Assembly (NCBI GenBank): GCA_951406725.2
Contig: OX597823.1
Span: 82,832,001 to 82,896,000 of the forward strand
Source: Octopus vulgaris
Taxonomy: Eukaryota
Length of the DNA: 64,000 nucleotides
Reading direction: 5' to 3'
Shown piece by piece: positions 12,484-25,017 of this stretch. Each line of letters starts with the position of its first letter. The first letter of the stretch is position 1. The notes under the pieces were generated by a model. It was not told the DNA's origin. It saw only the letters and a program-made list of their open reading frames with translations, and ran no database searches. The translations under genes and the position numbers were made by a program.

Positions 12484-12713
12484 TTTTATTTCCCACTCGT
12501 TTCAGTTTTTGGGCTATGGCCATGCTGGGGTACTACTCTGAAATGTTTCTAGTTATTTTAAAGTTTGGTTCTTGTTCTATCGGACTGTTTTACCGAACCG
12601 CTAGGTTGTCTTGCATGTGTGAGACAAACACAAGCACAGACACAAACACACAAGCACAAGCAAACACACACAAACACAGACACACACACACACTCACACA
12701 CACACACACACAT

Positions 12714-12775
<62 letters not shown>

Positions 12776-13006
12776 GTACTCACACACAAGCACAAACATA
12801 TACACACACACACATACATGCACACGCGTGCACTCACATACACACATACAGCAAGATTCTTTCTGTTTCCGTCTACCAAACCCATTCACAAGGTTTGGTA
12901 GATTCGGGGCTATAATGGAGGACGTTTGCACAAAGTACCGCACAGAGCAACTGAACCGGAAACCATGTGGTTGGAAAGAAAATTCTCACCCAAACAGTCA
13001 CGCCTG
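12484..13006 (-). mobile_element. SINE-A copy with expanded CA/TA tract
   Basis: Tail ggccatgctgggg and head gtttccgtctaccaaacccattcacaagg..gaaaccatgtggttgg. Confidence 0.8.
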
Positions 13007-13149
13007 TACCTTTATGTACACTTTTTCATTGCTTACTAAGTCCAGAGGAAGAGGAGGTGCAGCACCATTCACCTTCGCAAGCTTTCCAGCATCGGTGAGA
13101 TTGATGTCGCTAAAGTTCTACATTTTACAATTCGACACCATTTTACAAT

Positions 13150-13690
13150 TCGATCAAGAAAGATGTGAGAAGGGAGGACATTTGATCATCACAGTAGTCT
13201 ATCATGGACCAACGGCCGGATTACTAAATCTCACTTTGAAGGGTATGCATTTACATACCCTTCAAAGAAACAGGGAATAGGATCAGGAATAGGCAATAGC
13301 AACCAAAACCTGATGCATAAAAGAGATAGAAGAACAAGAGACACCAAAATGTGTTAACCAATGCAAGATTTGTGAAGTTAACGCCAAAGATATCACCCCC
13401 ATCATGAACATTTGTCCAAAAATGTCAGTCATCATGGTATTATCTACTGATGAGACTTCATATTGTAGTCAAGACACTGTATTATGAGATTTCGTCGGAA
13501 GCATAATCCTCTGGCCAAAGAAATAAGAACCCGCAGTATGGAAGAGACTATAGCCAGTCATAATATGAAAGAGTATTGGCGGAATGTCCCAGTGATAACT
13601 ATAATAAAATGTAAGCATGATAGAGCAGGCATAGTGATTTGGGATAGAGAAGAGAAACTGTGTACAAGCGGATGTTGGCATAAAGCTAGA
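13150..13690 (+). pseudogene. Non-LTR retrotransposon remnant, restriction-like endonuclease type (R4/Dong-like): CCHC knuckle + RLE
   Basis: Fragments DHHSSLSWTN, SHFEGYAF, QE*AIATK, QCKICEVNAKDITPIMNICPKMS and EYWRNVPVITIIKCKHDRAGIVIWDREEKLC (compare HNRPDIVIWD). Confidence 0.75.
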
Positions 13691-15421
13691 GATCAGTGAA
13701 AATGAAAATACCTACGCTGAACTATTAAGATATTTACACCTACTCTACTCGAATTACAAATTGAGGTTGATACCTGTGTTTATTGGGCACTGGGATATGT
13801 CATATACGGCCTAAGCACCAATCTTGAGAAATTAGGCTTCTCAGAAACAGAAACAAAGTGCAAGATTACAGATTCGAGACGTCAATGGAACTGTAAAAAT
13901 TTGTAAAACTTTCCAGAAGTTTATTATTTAAGTATATATGCGAATGTCTAGACAAGCAAATATATGCATGATAATACATAGATAAAAGACAACATACAAA
14001 TTTGCATATGTACTGGCTCCAAATACAGCACATTACACACAAACATGCACAAAAAAACTCTGCTAATGTTTGAAATTCCAAAGAATGAGATTTGGATCTA
14101 GGTTAGAAACCGGCTCTTTCTCTACTGATAGGAAATCTTGAAATAAACTGAATAATAGCATGCACAGGGTCCGTTACGTCATTGTATAGATCCCTGTATG
14201 CAGGCTTACGAACCGATCTTACGATTATTGGCCAATTCAAACTAGCAATAACTCGAAAATCTGTCGAAAATCATTCATTTGCGCGCTCACACTTTTGATG
14301 AAATGCAATTTGATAGAGAAATGGCTGAGACATAATGAGGCATAAAGAAATAGAGGTTTCATTGGTATAGTTTCATTTGTTTCTTTTTTCTAATTTGCAT
14401 TTCGTTGTTTGCGTCATTTTCCAATGATTTATTTATTTAAACTGAAAAACCTGATACTTCTAGATATCGAGAAAGAAAAAAATATTTTCACAACGGAAAC
14501 GAAAAGAAGATTGCATCTGACTCACATGTGTAATTTCCATTCTTTTCTCAAATACACTTGCAGTAGTAGGCTTCCTACACAGTTGATTCCCTTCACTATC
14601 ACTCTCCATCGTATTTCTCATTAATATTTTTATTCTCGTTATTTCCCCATATCATTCCACCGTACTTTTTCTCTCTCTCTGTCTCTCGCTCACTCTCTCA
14701 CATGCTCTTTATCAATCATCTTCCTCTATGCAGTGTTGTTTCTTTGTTGCTGTATTCCTGGAGAATCCTATGCGCTTGCCAGGACAGCAAACAAGACACC
14801 AATTACTGAACGTCTTCATTACTTCACTCCATTGATCTCCTAACTAGCTGGCTGCTGGATTGCAGTTAGAGAAACTGAATCTCATTAAAACAACTTTGAT
14901 ATCACTGCTCTGCTCTTGGCAAAAATTTACAAACAGTCGGGCAGTCAAGGTGCGGGGTTTAGTGGTTATGACTGACAATAGAAATCTACAATTTATCATT
15001 GGACGCCATTAAAAGCTGCAAAAATTTCTATGGAGGGTTAAAAAAAAAAAAACTACAAATAAATTGATAGTCTTGCGCGTAACCAACGTATAAATTGGCA
15101 AGCTGGATTTCTATTTATAAATGTTGCTGCATATGAGCTCAAGTGAATAGTAATGTAAAAGAATAGAGAGAAAATGATAATCTATTTTTGTGGATTAATT
15201 ATCCGAACAGTTGAATAATTAATAATTAAGGTATTTAACAAATTAAGGGACGCCGTTTATTGATTCTCCAGTTATTATTTCTGAGAAAAAGATTATGAAC
15301 GTATTGGCCAAATTTGAAATGGTAATCTATATTTTTTTCAAACTTTCAATTTATCCTAAATATCTCTTGGTATTCTAGAGGAATCGGTGATATTAGTTCA
15401 GTTTTCGCATCCATATTCCGG

Positions 15422-15483
<62 letters not shown>

Positions 15484-15722
15484 GTGAGTTTCGAGGGGTA
15501 TATTATTCGGGTGGATACCGTATTAGCTCTCAATTAAGTTCCAGCTAGCCACAACAATCTGTATCTAACGTCTGTGACTACAATTACCTGTTAGTCACTC
15601 TGTGATTTCTTCGGATGGGTAATTCCATGCACTCTTCGCTGGACGGTAAGACATATCTGGAGTATATAAATGTATGGAGACTTCTACATCCACAAAATTT
15701 ATTTTATAGTTATATATAGTAT

Positions 15723-15772
15723 ATTGCAATGACCTACACGTGTTTCCGCTGTAGCGACTACTCAGTTGCAAT
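15723..15772 (-). ncRNA. Degenerate type-I hammerhead-like motif in a probable Penelope terminal repeat
   Basis: Reverse: ATTGCAA-CTGAGTA-gt-CGCT-ac-AGCG-GAAA-CACGTGTA-ggtca-TTGCAAT. It has a 7-bp stem I and a palindromic stem III (ACACGTGT). Confidence 0.5.
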
Positions 15773-16364
15773 ACCATTGGTGCAGCTCAATCTGGGTCTG
15801 ACCATTTTGGTTATCCTCGAGGTGAACTGACTGAAGTAAATTTTTGTTAGCTAGTGTTCTGTGGGAGGTGGGGGTGTTGCTATTTATAAGCATGTGTTGC
15901 TGATCTCAACTTCACGCCAGTTGCTGTCCGAAGTTAGGGCTTCGTCTTAAAATAGGTCGAGGTCGAGAGAATTCTTTTTGCCAGGCTCTTTGTTACTTTT
16001 AACAGTTGTGTGTGCTATGGTCTTGGTTTCGAATGTAGTACTTGTATTAAGGAGTTCATGTTTGTTTATATTCCCTTTTTGGTTGGGCTGCTCATGTTTT
16101 GTGTTATACATTGGGTAGAGTATTTGTTTCCTTTTAATATTGATTGTTACTAAATGCTTTTACGTTTAGGTTATGTTATTCTATTTCTCATATCAAGTTC
16201 GATTGTTGGTGGGGTTTTGGCTATCTAGAATCATCCCTATATCTCTTAAAGGTCCTACTTAATACAAATTTATTTTAATCAGTTCTCTTCGAGGATGACC
16301 AAAAGGACGGACCTTCAGGAAGCTGCAAGGTAGCATTTGTAACAGTGAATAGTCAATGCAGCAG

Positions 16365-16640
16365 GAGGCGCAATGGCCTAGTGGTTAGGGCAGCGGACTC
16401 GCGGTCGGAGGATCGCGGTTTCGATTCCCAGACCGGGCGTTGTGTGTGTCCCCGACTTCCTACGCAACCGCTGAGCCGGGATGCGCATTCATCCATCCGT
16501 CGATGCTCTCGGTGTCGGGGGTTTACCGGCTTTCTCTTCTGGGGGTATTACAAATAGCAAAGGACCACCATTCGGACTTCTCCCACTGCGAGCTCTGGGA
16601 CGAAGACCGTTTCGCTCAACAGCTTAACAGCACAGGTTGC
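16365..16640 (+). mobile_element. SINE-C-type tRNA head with a different body; 8-bp TSD
   Basis: TSD tgcagcag at 16357-16364 and 16641-16648. A box tggcctagtgg, B box gtttcgattcc; head shared with the 31550-31868 copy. Confidence 0.8.
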
Positions 16641-17639
16641 TGCAGCAGAAACACACGTCAGTCATTATAATATGATGTATATAACTACAGAATAAATATT
16701 GTGGATGTACAATTCTCCATACATTTTATTATTATTAATACACGCACTCAAACACACACACACATACACACACACATATGTATAACCCAAGTGTTTTGCT
16801 GTCACTGCTGGTAGTTTGAGTTGTATGCCATAGAAAACTCGTGGCTTTGCGAACATCTATATCACCCTTGATAGTAAAGGCTGCATTCCTTCTATGTTCG
16901 TGTATCATCATGGCGGAGAAAATGTAATAGAATTTTAAAGGCTTGATTATTTCAGGGAACGACAGCAAATAAAATCCAGTCGTTTGATTCACTGCTCCCC
17001 TCCCTCAAATTCCAGGCTTTGTGCCTATATTAGAAAAGATTATTATTATTATTATTGAGTGAGAGAGCAGTGCATGTCATCAAAGTCACCCGGGATAAAA
17101 TATACGAAGCCCAATGTACCTATCATGACTTCCCGTCTGATAAGGGTACACCAGGCTCATGCATCACAATCATATGTGCACGACATGGTGATCTCATATC
17201 ATGATAAACAGCGCATGACCTTGCAGTTGTACCCTTCGGAAATTAGAAGCGATTTAATATCTTCCTCAATGAATTTCCTCCGTTGGTGCTGATTGATTTA
17301 TCGCGGATAGTTTATTTTACAAAGTCTACAGCGATTTCTAAATTGCCATAAACACCTGTCTCTTGTGCAGAATTATTGATGCCCGTATATATAATTAAGT
17401 TTTTGACAGCCACGCTTTTAATTTACTCACTGGAGAGGTTTTTATTAGAGAACTGTAATGCACTTTACTAACATCGCCTCAAAATTAGAGTCATTTGCAA
17501 CTCTTATATACATCATTGTACCAACAGATGTTGATTTGAATTAGCATCAACACTATAGTATTTGAAGCAAATTGTAGTGACCTTGTTTCAAGTTTGTGTA
17601 TATTCAATATTATACCTTTGAAAATTATAAATGTCACGT

Positions 17640-18102
17640 AAGGCGGCGAGCTGGTAGAATCATTAATACCCTGGCGGCAGTTGGCAGAAAGGTGACGAGT
17701 TGGCAGAATCGTTAGCACGCCGGGCGAAATGCTTAGCGGTATTTCGTCTGCCGCTACGTTCCGCCGAGGTCGACTTTGCCTTTCATCCTTTCGGGGTCGA
17801 TAAATTAAGTAGCAGGTACGCACTGGCGTCGATGTATTCGACTTAATCCTTTTGTCTGTCCTTGGTTGTACCCTTTATGTTTAGCCCCTTATGGGCAATA
17901 AAGAAATAAGAATCATTAATACCCTGGACACAATGCTCAGTAACGTTTCGTCTGTATTTACCTTCTGAGTTCAAATTCCGCCGAGGTCGATTTTTGCTTT
18001 TCATCCCTTTCGAGTTTGATAAAATTAGTACCAGCTGAACACTGGAGTCGCTCTAATCAACTTACTCTTGACCTTGCTGGTTTTGTACCAAAATTTGAAA
18101 CC
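17640..18102 (+). mobile_element. SINE-B compound (dimeric) copy
   Basis: ggcggcgagctggtagaatc..., core ccgccgaggtcgactttgcctttcatcctttcggggtcgataaa twice, with two different tails. Confidence 0.85.
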
Positions 18103-18746
18103 ATAATTGTAAACTTCACGAAGATAATCCACCAAAAAACTTGTCTCTGACTCCCTTACAAGTTCCGGTTTCTGGTTTACAGACTGAGTATCATATTTTA
18201 GCGTTAGACAATTATTCTTTCAAGGAGTCATAATGTAGAATACAAAACTAAACAATACTCACTCACTGGAATATCAGTGGCAATAAGCTTGGGAACATAA
18301 GTTATATGAATATAAAATGTTGCCACAAAAAGAGAAATTAATATTTAGAAAAGGAGTTTAAGTTTAAAAAAATGTTCAGCGGACTTATTGATACTTCTTC
18401 ACACCAGGAAAATGAAGTGTTTATTAGACAGGAGTGTGAAAGAGCATAAAGTAAAGTAAGAAAGCATGTTTCATATGAATAATTGGTTTAAATTTTAAAA
18501 CTTATATTATTCTTACATTCACCGTTAATATACATTGAAATGTTATCACCTAAACTTTCCTTACATTATGTAATATAGAGAATTTCTTTCATCATTTCAC
18601 GAAGCAGAATCTAACACTTTTCTCCTCTCATTCTCTCATGCACATTATAAAATACACGAACCCGCAAACGCGCTCTTTCTCACTTTTTCTCGCTCTCCCT
18701 TTGTCTATCTCTCACACACACATACACACGCACACAACTACACCCC

Positions 18747-18779
<33 letters not shown>

Positions 18780-18839
18780 CATCTCTCTGTCTTTGTCCAC
18801 ACCTCTCACACTACATCTCTCTCTCTTTCTTTGCCTACA

Positions 18840-18881
<42 letters not shown>

Positions 18882-19254
18882 CATATCTCTTTTTCATACA
18901 CATACACTGCATTACCCTCTTACCTTGTCACTCAATCTTTCTGTACCTGAGAAGTCCAGTCTATTCAACACCTTCTGCCAGACAAAACCAACACCACCAA
19001 AATATAGATCAGACTTCAATGGACTTACGGCATTGGTACTGTAGTTTTAAAATTCACACGATTACATTCTTCATAAATATTTCAAACTGTTGATTTATAT
19101 CTCAAGCATAAAATTCTATAATTCCATTTTTATTTCTAACGCTAAATTTATATATCTACCGTGGTACACAACTCACAGTTGGTCTCAAACAACAACAACA
19201 CGTCGAGAAATAATGAGACCAAAACACGAATAAACAAAATGAAGGGAAACAAAC

Positions 19255-19273
19255 GACAACAACAACAACAGCA

Positions 19274-19353
<80 letters not shown>
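19255..19353. repeat. (CAA)n/(CTA)n trinucleotide repeat
   Basis: Directly visible. Confidence 0.95.
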
Positions 19354-19578
19354 AAGTTACCATTACCTTAATGTTAAATGGAATAAGTGTTAAATTGAGA
19401 AAAGAATATTTCGCTAAATGCAATTTAAAACAAAATAATATTCTGAAGCATCGCCAAATGATTGTGAATCAGAAAATTGCAAACAAGCCATTAAAAAACC
19501 AATTTGTAACTATGACAGAACTAACTATGCTTCATGCGGCTGCAGACACGCATATAATCATACACAAGTTGCACAGAA

Positions 19579-20137
19579 GCGCAGGCGTGGATTTGCGGTA
19601 AGAAGTTCTGGGTTCAATCCTACAGCGTGGAATCATGGATAGTTGTCTTCTATTATAGCCTCAAGCCAGGTAAAGTCTTGTGAGTAGATTTAGTAGAGGG
19701 AAACTGAAAGAAGCCTGTCGTATATTTGTTCATTCATGCGTTTCATTTCAAAGGCTGTTGCGGTGTGAGGGCAGAGGGCACCGCCAAGAAAATATTGGTG
19801 TCAGATTTTGGCACAAAGCCAGCAGTTTCGAGGAAGTGGTGAAGTCGGTTACATCGACCCCGATGATCAACTGGTACTTATTTTACCGACTCCGAAAGGG
19901 ATGCGTGGCAAAGTCAACCTCGTCGGAATTTGAACTCAGGACGTAAAGGCGGACGAAATGCCGCTAAGAATCTTACCCCGTGTGCTAACGTATCTACCAC
20001 ACACGCGCGCACGCACGCACATGCTTATGCGCGCACACAAACACACACACATCCACATACGAGGACTTAAACACACCAACACCGGTTGTCAGCCGATGGT
20101 GGGGGACAAACAAAAACATAAATACACACATGTCCTA

Positions 20138-20190
<53 letters not shown>

Positions 20191-20463
20191 CTCTCTGTAT
20201 ATATATATATATATACATATATTCTTTTATATATGTATGTGTATGTATATGTTTGTGTATCTGTTTGTCCCCCCAGCATCGGCTTGACAACCGCTGTTGG
20301 TGTGTTTACGTCGCCTTAACTTATTGGTTCGTCAAAAAGAGCAAAATAATAATTATTAAGCTTTAAAAAATAAGTACTGGGATTGATTCGTTCGACTAAA
20401 AATTTTTCAAGGCGGTGCCCCAGGATGGCCGTAATCTAATAACTGAAGCAAATAAATGATAAA
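19579..20463 (+). mobile_element. SINE-A with a nested minus-strand SINE-B (19795-19995)
   Basis: Head at 19579-19735, tail at 20250-20463; SINE-B core aagtcaacctcgtcggaatttgaactcag lies between them. Confidence 0.75.
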
Positions 20464-20843
20464 AGGAGAGATAAAAGATTTATTGTCATGCATACAAGAG
20501 CACACATCATATAAACACATTATATACACATTATATACATGGTGCCCCATCAATAAGGCGACAGTTACACAGATTTTTATATTTGAAGACTTATGAATTG
20601 TGAGCCAAATATATTTGTATGTCTTAGTGTAACTGTATCTGTGTGTGAGTGCGTGTCGATAAGCATGTGTAAGTGTGTATGTATGTGATGTATGTGCACA
20701 CTCAAACAAGCACACGCATGCACATATGCAGTCATACACACACACACACGTATATATGGTGTGTGTGTGTGTGTTGTTTGTGAGATATATATATGTGTCT
20801 CTGTGTGTGTATATACCTCGTTCAGAGATTTATTATTGTGTGC

Positions 20844-20882
<39 letters not shown>

Positions 20883-21099
20883 GAGATAGAGAGAGAGAGA
20901 AAGAGAGAGAGAAATAAATAGATAGAGAGATAGATTGATAGATAAATAGATAGATAGATAGAGAGAGAGAGAGAAAAATACTCACGCTTATAAACACTAA
21001 AACGAAAGTAGAGCCAACATATGTGTGTGTATGTGTGTGTGTTTGCGCACAAGTATTTTTGTAGGAGTCAACGAGACAAGCCTAAATAACTCCACCTAC

Positions 21100-21210
21100 T
21101 GAAAACACGCCCATACAACAAATTCAATTAGATGTTTTACCCTGACAGCCAATCAGCAAATTCTCTAATAGTGCCAACACCCATGCCGCAAACCTATATA
21201 AAGCTATAAA
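21100..21210 (+). promoter_or_regulatory. Candidate Pol II core promoter (GC/CACCC box, TGACAG, CCAAT, TATA)
   Basis: CACGCCC 21106-21112, TGACAG 21143-21148 abutting CCAAT 21149-21153 (agccaatcag), TATATAAA 21195-21202. Canonical CCAAT-TATA spacing in non-repetitive sequence. Confidence 0.35.
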
Positions 21211-21724
21211 TTCTGGCAAATATCTGGAAACACAACTTACTCCCACACTATATAATATAATACCTGTTAAAGCGACAGAGTAAACCTACTGCAAGATGAC
21301 TACATAGATTGGCACAAGGCCACAAGCGAATACGGCTATTCAATGGACTCTACCTCAGTAGATAACTGGTACATATTCAGTGGCCTTTGAAAAAATGAGG
21401 GGGGTAAATCGGGCTCTAGCGAGATACGAACTTGCTTAGCAGTGCACCGAAACTGAATGAATAGCTGTTATTAAATCTGACAAATTCGGTGCCGCGGGGT
21501 TCTGGTTATAAGCCAGGGTGGCTTATTGGTAACTGATGTGCTTCCATTTCATACCCCTCTTATACTCAAACGGATATGTCAGCTTGTATTTGTTAACTGA
21601 ACAATTCTCTAACTTAACACATGGTCTGCAATTAAGAGGCAGATGTAACATGACACCCTGTTTTACACCATGACTTGCTGAGGCAGATATGTATGCGTAT
21701 ACACGTACATATCTCTCAACTCTC

Positions 21725-21766
<42 letters not shown>

Positions 21767-21815
21767 TACTTATAATACATATGTATATATATGCTTATAT
21801 ATATATATATATATA

Positions 21816-22193
<378 letters not shown>

Positions 22194-22276
22194 TACCTAT
22201 ATATATATATATGTATATATATATGTATATGTGTGTATATATATATATATGAATATATACATATATATATATATTC

Positions 22277-22311
<35 letters not shown>

Positions 22312-22501
22312 TATATATATATATACATATATATATATAGGTATATATGTATACTATATATATATACTAAATATATATATATACGCATAAATATGATGTG
22401 TACATATATATATTATACATGCATATAATATATATATATATACGCATAAATATGATGTGTACATATATATATTATACATGCATATAATATATATATATTT
22501 T

Positions 22502-22571
<70 letters not shown>

Positions 22572-22699
22572 CACATACACGCGCACATATGCACATATAT
22601 AGTTACTGTCATATGTACAAACACACACATATATTCATATATATATATATATATTTCTATATATAAAATATATATGCATGTATATATAAATACATACTT

Positions 22700-22776
<77 letters not shown>

Positions 22777-22780
<4 letters not shown>

Positions 22781-23005
22781 GTCTGGTGGGGAGTTATTCT
22801 CTTTTAGTGCCTGACTATTGAAAAGGCTACAAGACGCAACGAAAATTTTAGAAACATTAAACAAGTAAATGAGTGGAGATCGAACCGGTGAGTGTGTTAA
22901 GTATTATAGCACTAAAAGAGAATGACTCTCCCCAGACACAATCAAATATGCTTCAACACATGAATTCCCATAAAAAAATCTTGCAAACCAAATACAAAAT
23001 CGAAA
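22777..23005. mobile_element. Short TA-inserted element with a partial inverted terminal duplication
   Basis: ttgtgtctggtggggagttattctcttttagtgc (22777-22810) vs gcactaaaagagaatgactctccccagacacaa (22909-22941). A related copy lies in the opposite orientation at 40577-40790. Confidence 0.6.
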
Positions 23006-23057
23006 TATATATATATAAATATACATACATATACACACACACATTCATATAAACATA

Positions 23058-23131
<74 letters not shown>

Positions 23132-23346
23132 AAACATGCAGAAAACGGGGTGTCCAGCGTTTGCTGGATCCAAATGATGGGATTTTTAGTTAGTGGTTAA
23201 AGGAAACGATCTAAGACCTAAACCTGCCCTTGAAATTAAGCATCAACATCTACCTTTATTTTTACACAAGGCAGGCTCTACCGAATGAGGCAATTTGAAA
23301 GTCGATGTTCTGATCATGTACGCCCACATACATATTTTTATATGTA

Positions 23347-23406
<60 letters not shown>

Positions 23407-23999
23407 CTAACTATTTGATGTATATGAACAAATTTAATGGAGAAACGTTAAGAATAAATTGTTCTAAACACCATAGATTTTGAAACTGGATATTAACTTC
23501 ATGATGTTTTCGAATGAATAAGTTTTCAATAAATGTAACCGCAGTGTTTAGAAATATGCAATCTATGTATCGTCTGACAAATGGAAGAGAAAGTGTGTAC
23601 ATGCGCGTTCTTTATTGCGTGTGTGTATGTGTCTGTGTCTGTGTGTGTGTTATGCGTGTGCGAGTACATGCATGCGTGCGTGCTTTGCATGTGTGTTGAG
23701 TGTATCTGGAAAGGAGAAAGAGAGATAAATTGAGAAGGGAGAGTGAAAGAAAAGTTTAGTTAAGGGAATAATTCAATGAAGCCCGCGCACGTGAGGTAGA
23801 AAGAAAGCGGGAGAGAGGAAAAGAGAGAGAGAGAGAGAGAGAGAGTTATACAGAACTAATGGAGAAAGAATGAAAGAGAATTTGATACCATAAATTCATG
23901 TTTTGGGGATTCGTTCTAACTCCCTTACTTTCTGTCAATACTTCTTTTCTTCAATCCTTTCATATATGCCGCAAGGGAAACGTTGACCCGGCAATTCTT

Positions 24000-24155
24000 C
24001 GTCGTGGCTGTGTGGGGAGAAGTTTGCTTCCGAGCCACATGGATCCAAATTCGGTCTCACTGGTGTGACGTCTTGTGCTAGTGTTTTCTGCTACAGCCTC
24101 GGGCGAACCAAACCTTTTCAGTTGATTTGTTTGGTGGAAACTGAAAGAAACCTGG

Positions 24156-24160
<5 letters not shown>
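24000..24160 (+). mobile_element. SINE-A head fragment
   Basis: cgtggctgtgtggggagaagtttgcttccgagccacatgg..ggaaactgaaagaaac. Confidence 0.75.
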
Positions 24161-24246
<86 letters not shown>

Positions 24247-24293
24247 GGTTGATAATTCGCTTACCACTTGTGATGGTATTTTAATAATACCAT

Positions 24294-24346
<53 letters not shown>

Positions 24347-24650
24347 GATTCCTTGGAAGAAGGCAAGCGAATGTATACGAAAACAAGGTCGAGAAAAAGA
24401 AAAATGGAGAAATGCTATGCAATTACAATTACAAACAATAGAACATTAACAACAATTGTCTTTCGACTAACGATGGATTAAATTAAGCTGGCGAGTGTGG
24501 AAGTGAAGCCTTATGGCAGGGACATAAGTGATGAAAGTCATGGGAAGGAATATAAGAGATGCTACACGGGTGGTAGTCGAACCAAGAAAGAAAGGCCAGA
24601 AAATTAGAATAAAAAATTTAAAAGTTGAAAAATTAAGACATTGGAAAGTC
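24347..24650. mobile_element. Dispersed repeat family F (purine-rich, TA-adjacent)
   Basis: attccttggaagaa..gcgaatgtatacgaaaacaagg..gtctttcgact..attaagctggcg..ggcagggacataag is shared with 41808-41975. Confidence 0.75.
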
Positions 24651-25005
24651 AGTTTCAGTTTCCATCTATCAAATCTACTCACAAGGCTTTGGTCGGCCCG
24701 AGGCTATAGAAGAAGATTTGCCCAAGGTACCACGCAGTGGAACTGAACCTGGAACCATGTGTTTTGGAAGCAAGCTTCTTACAGAGCCACGTATGTGTGA
24801 GTTTGTGTTTGACCCCTCCATCACTTGACTGACGGTGTTGGTGTGTTTACGTCCCTGTAACTTAACGGTTAGAGAAAGGAGTCCGTTATAGTTAACATCA
24901 GGCTGAAAGATATAAGTACTAGGGTCGATTCGTTCGATTAAAATTCTTCAAGGCGTTGCTCAAGCATGGCCGCAATCTAATGACTGAAACTAGTGAAAAT
25001 CAAGA
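24650..25005. mobile_element. SINE-A head (minus, 24650-24790) joined to a SINE-A tail (plus, 24800-25005)
   Basis: Both modules match other SINE-A copies. Confidence 0.8.
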
Positions 25006-25017
25006 GATATGTAAAAG

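Noticed and set aside
12357-13280. 307-aa ORF, the longest in the track
   Set aside because: It runs through an antisense SINE-A and its microsatellite; a chance open frame.
16365-16440. tRNA gene (also 32760-32830, 53488-53555, 10190-10264)
   Set aside because: A and B boxes are present, but the acceptor stems do not pair and each head continues into a repeated SINE body, some with TSDs.
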